From Coriobacteriia bacterium (GTDB lineage Bacteria > Actinomycetota > Coriobacteriia > Anaerosomatales > PALSA-660), in NCBI GenBank assembly GCA_025361445.1, contig JANYLP010000084.1, forward strand, positions 1,009-25,008: DNA of 24,000 nucleotides, given 5' to 3'. A program made the translations under genes and the position numbers. Under the pieces are notes generated by a model. The model had not been told where the DNA came from. It made no database searches and saw only the letters and a program-made list of their open reading frames with translations. Below are positions 18,098 through 24,000 of this stretch, in pieces; position 1 is the stretch's first letter; every line of letters begins with the position of its first letter.

Positions 18098-18754
18098 ATG
18101 GACGTGAACCTCCCCTCAGCGACAGTCGCGGAGATCGAAGAGGCGCTTGCCCAGGTCGCGGAGATCCGGGCGGCTCGCGTCGTTTCCTCCGAAGACGGTG
18201 CGATCCTTGAGATCCACGTTCTCGCGACTCCTCAGAAGTCCCCGAAGCAGATCGTCCGGGACATCGAATCCACGATCATGGCTCGCTTCGGCATTGCCAT
18301 CGACCACCGCACCGTGTCCATCGCACAGCTCGGCCGTGACGCCGCGCCGCGCGATCCCCGCGACAAAGGGCGCGCCCGCATCAAGTCCGTCAGCGCCGAA
18401 GTCATCGGCGTGCGTGCATCCGCCAAGGTTCAACTGGAACTCGACGGTGAGGTCTACGACGGCTTCGCAGAGGGCGCGGCGTCCACTACCGGTCGTCGGC
18501 GGCTTGTTGCTCAGGCGGCGCTCGAAGCGGTATCTCAGTACGTCACAGGGGATTTCGGGTTTGCTCTGGAAGACGTGACCATCGTCGACCTCGGTCGCGA
18601 GAAGGTCGCGGTCAGCTGCGTCATCTTGGTGACGCCTCTGGGGGAGCAGCCCTTGACCGGATCGGCATTCGCCCGGCAGGCAGAGAACGAGTCCATCGTG
18701 CGCGCGACATTGGATGCGATCAACCGGCGCATGAACTTCTTGACAACCCCATAA
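18098..18754 (+). CDS. Hypothetical cytoplasmic protein, 218 aa, two alpha/beta halves joined by a basic Pro/Arg/Asp linker
   Basis: This is the only long ORF in the interval, with no TM segment or signal peptide. Codon usage matches neighbouring genes. I recognise no family motif. Confidence 0.65.
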   Translation: MDVNLPSATVAEIEEALAQVAEIRAARVVSSEDGAILEIHVLATPQKSPKQIVRDIESTIMARFGIAIDHRTVSIAQLGRDAAPRDPRDKGRARIKSVSAEVIGVRASAKVQLELDGEVYDGFAEGAASTTGRRRLVAQAALEAVSQYVTGDFGFALEDVTIVDLGREKVAVSCVILVTPLGEQPLTGSAFARQAENESIVRATLDAINRRMNFLTTP

Positions 18755-18806
18755 CAGGGATCAGCACCGTGACCGATGTTGCTTCGGATACGGACACTGT
18801 ACGCAC

Positions 18807-18845
18807 TTTTAGCGGAGCGGACAGCGTTCTTCCATTTTTAGCGGA
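18807..18845 (+). repeat. Direct repeat of TTTTAGCGGA (2 copies, 29-bp period) in an AT-rich spacer
   Basis: Exact 10-mers at 18807-18816 and 18836-18845 stand out against the GC-rich background. They could be a regulator-binding site or a promoter element. Confidence 0.5.
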
Positions 18846-18901
18846 ATGGGAGAAGACCCAGTCAGATTTCGTGCAATTTACACGTAACTGGAGGTCTTCC
18901 C

Positions 18902-18976
18902 ATGAAGCGCATCTTTGTCATTCTGGCCAGCCTGGCCACGCTCGCCCTTTCCGGCGGCGCTTGGATGAAGTGGTAG
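18902..18976 (+). CDS. Candidate 24-codon mini-ORF encoding a hydrophobic peptide (MKRIFVILASLATLALSGGAWMKW)
   Basis: GGAGG (18890-18894) lies 7 nt upstream of the ATG, and TAG is at 18974-18976. The peptide is a single TM-like helix. The ORF ends 43 nt upstream of the HD-GYP gene and is too short for the supplied ORF track. Confidence 0.3.
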   Translation: MKRIFVILASLATLALSGGAWMKW

Positions 18977-19019
18977 TCGGTTCACGACTGCTAGATCCGA
19001 TCTTGAGGAGGGCGGAGGC

Positions 19020-20333
19020 ATGACGCAGGAGACGCGTCGTGACCTCCGTTTCTCCGTTTTCTGTGCCTTCGTCGTGGGCGGGGCGCTTGGCCTCGCGGCG
19101 TTTGTCTGGTGCACCAACACAGTGATGCTGACCGAGTCCAACTTGCCGACCTTCGTACTCATCTTGGCCGCGCTCTTCGTCTCCGAGTATCTAGCGGTTG
19201 CGCTTCCCGACGGTCCGACGGTCTCTCTCTCATACCCTCTGAGCGTCGCAGCGATTGTTCTGTTCGGACCGTATTGGGGTGCACTGGTCACGGCCGTTTC
19301 GTCGCTACCGTCGCTTCTGGGCAAGGAGCGTCCGGGACTCCTCCGGTTCACCGTAAACACATCGCAGACCGTAATCTCGGCCGCCACCGCCGGCCTTCTC
19401 TTCGTCACGCTGGGGGGGGTCCCGCTCGCGGTCGACAGTTCGCGAGAACTCATCACGATGCTGCTTCCCCTAGCAGCCGCCGCGACCGTGGGCACCCTTG
19501 TCAACGCCGGTCTTCTCACGGTCACCTTCGCTTTGCTGCAGTCCAGGCGACTCCTGCAGGTCTGGAAGGACGTCATCGCCTGGACGCTACGCTCCCAGAT
19601 CGTGCTCGGCTTCGTGGGCGTGGCGATCGCTGAGACTATTGCTGCAGTAGGTGCCACCGGATTCGCTCTGTTTGTTCTGCCTCTGATTGTCGCGCGTCAG
19701 ACATATCAGCAGTCCGTGAGACTTCGCTCGGCCTACGCCGATACTATTAGCTCACTCGTAGCCGCTCTCGAGGCGAAGGACGTGTACACGAAGGGTCATT
19801 CGGTTCGCGTGGCCGAGTACACGGTTCTTATCGCTGAGGCGATGGGATTCGCACAGGATCGGTTACGCCGCATCGAGCAGGCGGCGTTGTTGCACGACCT
19901 GGGGAAGGTCGGAGTCAGCCGGCGGGTTCTCGCAAAGGAGGCCCGACTCACCGATGGCGAATACGACGAGATCAAGCGGCACCCGGACATTGGTGCCCAT
20001 ATTGTGGCGGACGTGCCCTACCTCGCGGACCTCGTACCGATGATCGAGCACCACCACACGTGGTATGACGGTCGCGGTTACGGGGGGGCATCGGGAGACG
20101 ACATCCCAGTCGAGGCACGCATACTGACTGTCGCGGACTCCTACGATGCCATGACGTCGGTCAGGCCCTATCGAGCCGCCATGAGCCATGAAAACGCCCT
20201 TACGGAACTCCGGCGCAATTGTGGTACGCAGTTTGACCCGGAGGTCGTAGCGGCATTTGAGATTGGTCACGTACGAGTGACTTCGTCTGAGCCCGACTTA
20301 TCCGGGGGAACGGGGTTGCCTGATGAAACGTGA
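19020..20333 (+). CDS. Membrane-anchored HD-GYP domain protein (putative cyclic-dinucleotide phosphodiesterase) with an N-terminal multi-TM domain
   Basis: GAGGAGG lies 8 nt upstream. About 230 aa with 6-8 hydrophobic spans precede the catalytic region. That region reads KGHSVRVAEY..., ALLHDLGKVGV, KRHPDIGAHIV, IEHHHTWYDGRGYGG (GYG instead of GYP), ILTVADSYDAMTSVRPYR. Confidence 0.88.
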   Translation: MTQETRRDLRFSVFCAFVVGGALGLAAFVWCTNTVMLTESNLPTFVLILAALFVSEYLAVALPDGPTVSLSYPLSVAAIVLFGPYWGALVTAVSSLPSLLGKERPGLLRFTVNTSQTVISAATAGLLFVTLGGVPLAVDSSRELITMLLPLAAAATVGTLVNAGLLTVTFALLQSRRLLQVWKDVIAWTLRSQIVLGFVGVAIAETIAAVGATGFALFVLPLIVARQTYQQSVRLRSAYADTISSLVAALEAKDVYTKGHSVRVAEYTVLIAEAMGFAQDRLRRIEQAALLHDLGKVGVSRRVLAKEARLTDGEYDEIKRHPDIGAHIVADVPYLADLVPMIEHHHTWYDGRGYGGASGDDIPVEARILTVADSYDAMTSVRPYRAAMSHENALTELRRNCGTQFDPEVVAAFEIGHVRVTSSEPDLSGGTGLPDET

Positions 20334-21552
20334 CCACGTTCTTGTGGTTGTCCAATCCCTGGTTGCAGTAGTGGCTGTGGCGGCGGTGACGGTACTCGTG
20401 CCTGGCGGGATGCCCGGGGCGAATGGCCTGCCGGATGCGGTCGCGCGAGCGTTGGCCCTCGGCGCAGCGCTGCTCGTGCTCGGCTTCTTCAATGTGTGGC
20501 TGCCTCGCGGCGACGCGGTTGACACGACTGTTCCAGTTGCATTCGCAGCGAGCGTCATGCTGCCGCCAGCACTCGCGGTCGGTGTCGTGTTGCTCGCGCG
20601 GTGTGCAACTGTGGCGCTGCGACCACGGGGCCACACCCTTTGGACCGCGGTAGAGCAAGTGGGACGGCGCGCGGTTCTGATCAGCGGCGCGTTTGCAGTG
20701 CTCGGACCGAACTTGCTGATGAGCATCAAGTCCGATCCATCTCCGACGCAACTTGCGGTTGTGGCGGCTGCAGCCGCCGTGTTCATCGCGCTAGATATGC
20801 TCGTCGAACAGATGCATGCGTCCGTTCGGTTCAGGGCACCGCTGCGCGCCTTGGTTGTTGGGGCTGTTCGCCTGCAGGGCTGGATGCTAGCAGCCGAGGT
20901 TTCCACGGCGGCCCTACTCGTGGTGGCGTTCCCCGCGTTGGCGTACTTGGGTCTAGTGGTTACGGTCGCGCTCCTGCTCGTCATGCGCCAGTCATTTGCG
21001 CTCCTGCTCGAAGTTCGCGCGTCCTACACTTCCACGGTCGAGGTGTTGGCGCGCTCACTTGAGGCATACGACCCGGACCGACGCGGACACGCGGAGCGCG
21101 TCGCGAGGATGTGCGGGGAGGCTGGAAGGACGATTGGTCTTCAGGGCCGGAGGCTCGAGAGCCTGACGTACGCGGCCCTATTCCACGATGTGGGCCGTCT
21201 CGGATCAGATACTCTGGACGAGCAGCCCGAGCACGCAGGCGCCGATGTTCTCGCCGGTGTGGGGTTCCTGTCGGGGGCGATTCCGATTCTGCGGATTCTC
21301 GACAGGGCCGCCGAAGGAGAGGACTCGCTGGATGAGGCGGATCTGATTAGCGCCTACTTGGTTGCCAGCTTCAGCGCGTTCGATAGTCGGCACAGTTCGG
21401 GCATCGATGAGCGGGACCTGCTGTCCAATGCGGTTGGCTCACGGCTGTATGCGAGCACGCGCGGCGCGGTCGATCGAGCAATCGCTCGGGTGGAGCGCGA
21501 GGCGCGCGGCGGATCTCTGCCCGAGATCGGGCTGGCGGATGTGATGGCTTGA
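20323..21552 (+). CDS. Membrane protein paralogous to the upstream gene, with a degenerate HD(-GYP) domain
   Basis: The ATG overlaps the upstream gene by 11 nt. The N-terminal multi-TM domain aligns by eye with the upstream one (LPRGDAVDTTVPVAFAASVMLPP vs LPDGPTVSLSYPLSVAAIVLFGP). The C-terminus keeps RGHAERVARM and ALFHDVGRLG but lacks the HHE..DG.GYP block and D.YDA. Confidence 0.8.
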   Translation: MKRDHVLVVVQSLVAVVAVAAVTVLVPGGMPGANGLPDAVARALALGAALLVLGFFNVWLPRGDAVDTTVPVAFAASVMLPPALAVGVVLLARCATVALRPRGHTLWTAVEQVGRRAVLISGAFAVLGPNLLMSIKSDPSPTQLAVVAAAAAVFIALDMLVEQMHASVRFRAPLRALVVGAVRLQGWMLAAEVSTAALLVVAFPALAYLGLVVTVALLLVMRQSFALLLEVRASYTSTVEVLARSLEAYDPDRRGHAERVARMCGEAGRTIGLQGRRLESLTYAALFHDVGRLGSDTLDEQPEHAGADVLAGVGFLSGAIPILRILDRAAEGEDSLDEADLISAYLVASFSAFDSRHSSGIDERDLLSNAVGSRLYASTRGAVDRAIARVEREARGGSLPEIGLADVMA

Positions 21553-22106
21553 TAGTCGTCCTTTGCCTGCTGGCTGGTATCGTTCTCAGACTCGTCACCA
21601 GGCGCAGTCTTCGAGGTCTAGCTGCAGCCAAGTTGCGAGGCGAGACGTTCCTTCTTGTCATGTTGGTGGTGCAGGCGACGCTGCCGCTCCTCCAGCTAAC
21701 CGGCACTCCCGCTCGATTCGCATACTACGGATGGCTTGCGACGTTCCCTTGCATGCTCTTCGTTGCCTGGCTGAATCGCCGAGAGCCAGGAATGCTCATA
21801 CTAGGAATCGGCCTGTTGCTCAACCTGATTGTGGTCGCGTGGAATGGCGGCATGCCGGTATTCGGGGATGCGGTACGCATCGTGAATGCGTCGCCGCTCC
21901 CGGCGATTCCCGCGGGGGATTTCGTACACGTGCTTGGCACCGCGGCAGCCCATTTGCCGTGGCTGGCCGACATCATTCCGCTCCCCGGTCCGAACTGGCT
22001 CCGTGTTGTCGCGAGCCCGGGTGATCTCATGCTATTCGCGGGCATAGTCGCCTTCGTTGGGATGGCGGGCAAGTCACTCCCCGGGCGGCTGCCGCGGGAC
22101 GAATAA
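21549..22106 (+). CDS. Small integral membrane protein, DUF5317-like (assignment from memory of that family)
   Basis: The TTG start forms a TTGA overlap with the upstream stop. The protein has 4-5 TM spans. The features NLIVVAWNGGMPV and SPGDLMLFAGI resemble what I recall of DUF5317 proteins, which I remember as often adjacent to HD-GYP genes. Confidence 0.6.
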   Translation: MIVVLCLLAGIVLRLVTRRSLRGLAAAKLRGETFLLVMLVVQATLPLLQLTGTPARFAYYGWLATFPCMLFVAWLNRREPGMLILGIGLLLNLIVVAWNGGMPVFGDAVRIVNASPLPAIPAGDFVHVLGTAAAHLPWLADIIPLPGPNWLRVVASPGDLMLFAGIVAFVGMAGKSLPGRLPRDE

Positions 22107-22147
22107 GCAGGAATCTGCATGAACATGTAGAAGATTAGTCCTAGTCG

Positions 22148-22175
22148 GACCCCCTCAGGCTCCCGAATGGGGGTC
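22148..22175 (+). promoter_or_regulatory. Hairpin that includes the probable SD of the downstream NTPase gene
   Basis: GACCCCC (22148-22154) pairs with GGGGGTC (22169-22175) around a 14-nt loop. The 3' arm is the only purine-rich SD candidate, 7 nt before ATG 22181. It could be a weak terminator for the upstream operon or a means of translational occlusion. Confidence 0.3.
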
Positions 22176-22180
22176 ATCGT

Positions 22181-24000
22181 ATGCCCGAATCAGCGCTCGT
22201 GCACGCCCAGAGCAGGTTCTTCCGGCGGCTCGCCGAGGGTCTCCGGAGAACTCGCCTCATCGAGCCCATACTCGCGGCGCGACCCCCATTGGTCGTGATT
22301 GGCGCGCCGTCCGGCTACGGGAAGACGGTCCTCGCTGCCCAGATAGCTTCATCGGGCGGGTATGCGGACGTTCTATGGATCTCTGCCTCGGTCGCGGACT
22401 CTCTGGAATCCCAGTGGATGCGAATTCGTCTCCACCTCGTCCCGCGCGACGGGATGCCTGCATGCATCACTTCTTCCGAACCCTCAAACGCCTTTGGGTC
22501 TGAGGCTGCGCGTCCGAGCTCGGCGCACGGGTCACTGGTCGTGTTGGACGGAATGGATGAGATCTGCACCGCAGAGGGACTGCGCGCGGCTTTCGAGATT
22601 GTGATGGAGGCAGCACCTGGCAGTTCCATCGTGATCACGACACGGATTGACGGTGGTACTTCCCTTCCGCTTCGCGACATGTGCGTGCTCGACTCCTCGC
22701 TTCTTTCGCTCAATGACGACGACCTTGCGGGCATGTGGCGCCTCCATTCAACCGAGGGGCCCTGCTCGCTTGAAATGGTCGCATTGCGCTCCGCTTCGGG
22801 CGGCCACGCGGGGCTGGCGTCACTCGCGTGTCGCCGGCTCGCCCTTTTGGGCCGAGGCGCTCTTTCGCTTGATGGCGATTTCGCGCTCGCCGCGGAGGTG
22901 CGTCAACTTGCGGAACTAGTGAGCGATTCGGAGAGTAGTCGCCTTCTGCACGTGATCGCCGCAGCGAAGCACGGCACAGTCGAGCTCCTTGCGGACAGTG
23001 TCCCCTCGCCGGGCATGGACACTGCCCTGCAGCGGGCCTTCTGCGCTGTGCCGCTCTTCGAGTTCCACGAGGCCGACGCACTGACAACGTTTACCGCCGA
23101 ACCGCTCTTAGTGCGAGCGCTCCGCGGAGCGAAGTGGCTTGCTGTTCATGATCCGGTCTGCCTGCGATCGCTCGCGCTCTCCTTGGTTGCGCAGAAGCGA
23201 TCGCTCGATGCTCTGGCTGTGTCGATTGATTCAGGTTGCACTGAGCTTGTTGCCGACATCCTTCGCCTGGTCGGGGGCGAGCTCGTTGTTGGCGCTGACG
23301 CGCCACTGGTTCGTGCGGGCCTCCACCTTGTTTCGGCTGCGCACGTGTCCGGAGATCCAATCCTGCTCACGCTCCTCGCTGAAGATGATTGGCACTGCGG
23401 CCGGACTCTTCAGGCGCTGGGCACGGCGCGGTTGGCATCGCGGTTGGCTGAAGCCGATGGCAACTCCGAGGCGATGCTCAAAGCTCGCCTCACCGTTGCT
23501 CGCCTGAGAGCATCCGTGGGGGACTTCGAAGGCATATCTGCGGAGTTGCTGCCGCTTCTGGAGACGTGGCGCAGCATCATAGATACGGAGGACGTATGCG
23601 CACTTGTTTCCGCAGGATTGCTTGCCTATGGATTCCTAGGTGACCGCCAAGGTCTGAGTAAATGCATGAGGATCGTCAGTGAGATTGTCACGCTGCCGTG
23701 CCTAACGTCAGCGTCACTGTCTCGGCTAGACGCCGTTCAAGGTCTGGTAATGGCAGTACTTGATGGTGACTATCCGGCTTCCCACGAACGATCTCGCCGG
23801 GCCGCGAGTCGCACGCAGCTTTCCCTGAACCAGCAGGTGGGCGCGGTGAGCAATGTCGCGACTGCGGCGCTGCTGGCTGGGATGCTCTCTGAAGCCAAGG
23901 CGGCCGCAGAACACGGACTTTCGATGGCCGTCGGCCGAGATGCAGACGCGAGCGTCGTCGCTTCCATGACGCTCGCCAGAGCGGTCGCGTCCGGACTCGG
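22181..24000 (+). CDS. STAND-type P-loop NTPase, MalT/LAL-like large regulator (N-terminal about 606 aa; the 3' end lies beyond the window)
   Basis: I translated this frame by hand. It is bounded upstream by TAG 22142-22144 and has no stop from 22181 to 24000, so it is absent from the ORF track. Motifs: Walker A VVIGAPSGYGKTVLAAQ (22301-22327) and Walker B LVVLDGMDE (22535-22561). A long Leu/Ala-rich helical-repeat region follows. Confidence 0.72.
   Translation, partial: MPESALVHAQSRFFRRLAEGLRRTRLIEPILAARPPLVVIGAPSGYGKTVLAAQIASSGGYADVLWISASVADSLESQWMRIRLHLVPRDGMPACITSSEPSNAFGSEAARPSSAHGSLVVLDGMDEICTAEGLRAAFEIVMEAAPGSSIVITTRIDGGTSLPLRDMCVLDSSLLSLNDDDLAGMWRLHSTEGPCSLEMVALRSASGGHAGLASLACRRLALLGRGALSLDGDFALAAEVRQLAELVSDSESSRLLHVIAAAKHGTVELLADSVPSPGMDTALQRAFCAVPLFEFHEADALTTFTAEPLLVRALRGAKWLAVHDPVCLRSLALSLVAQKRSLDALAVSIDSGCTELVADILRLVGGELVVGADAPLVRAGLHLVSAAHVSGDPILLTLLAEDDWHCGRTLQALGTARLASRLAEADGNSEAMLKARLTVARLRASVGDFEGISAELLPLLETWRSIIDTEDVCALVSAGLLAYGFLGDRQGLSKCMRIVSEIVTLPCLTSASLSRLDAVQGLVMAVLDGDYPASHERSRRAASRTQLSLNQQVGAVSNVATAALLAGMLSEAKAAAEHGLSMAVGRDADASVVASMTLARAVASGL

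Noticed and set aside
18769-19023. An 84-aa ORF spanning the AT-rich spacer.
   Set aside because: It has a GTG start without an SD and unremarkable composition. It overlaps the better-supported mini-ORF and the SD region of the HD-GYP gene in another frame.
1-24000. Search for CRISPR arrays, IS elements or transposases, integrases, and tRNA/rRNA/tmRNA genes.
   Set aside because: The only regularly spaced repeat is the two-copy 10-mer at 18807-18845. No transposase or integrase motifs appear in any frame. No tRNA-like T-arm strings or rRNA signatures were seen in the intergenic regions.

Overview
This is a high-GC segment (about 60-68% by eye) that looks like a Gram-positive or actinobacterial chromosome. 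Every credible gene is on the + strand. The long minus-strand and off-frame ORFs in the track look like high-GC shadow frames.

Gene order:
(1) A glycerol-phosphate wall-teichoic-acid-type cluster: a 5'-truncated TagF-like gene, a 960-aa protein with two complete TagF-like modules, then tagD, tagG and tagH.
(2) A secreted SpoIID/LytB-domain protein with two tandem C-terminal beta-rich modules.
(3) A punA-type nucleoside phosphorylase, ahcY and mtnA, which together suggest salvage of SAM by-products.
(4) A comFC-like gene.
(5) A polar-amino-acid ABC importer behind a 351-bp GC-rich structured leader. It has two lipoprotein binding proteins, a permease with an extra exported N-terminal domain, and an ATPase.
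(6) A small membrane protein and a long-form hpf with a clear terminator.
(7) From about 18.0 kb, a visibly less GC-rich, accessory-looking block. It holds an orphan 218-aa protein with its own sigma70-like promoter, and an AT-rich spacer with a 10-nt direct repeat and a 24-codon mini-ORF. These are followed by an overlapping three-gene membrane operon (HD-GYP protein, degenerate HD paralogue, DUF5317-like protein). The block ends in a STAND/MalT-LAL-type NTPase ORF that stays open to the window edge, which probably explains its absence from the supplied ORF track.

I found no rRNA, tRNA, CRISPR array, transposase or integrase. The best candidate for something undescribed is the HD-GYP / degenerate-HD / DUF5317-like module with its upstream repeats and mini-ORF and the flanking STAND regulator. 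Next are the unclassified leader RNA at 12.25-12.6 kb and the unusual N-terminal domain on the ABC permease. All family assignments come from motif recognition by eye. No database search was run.
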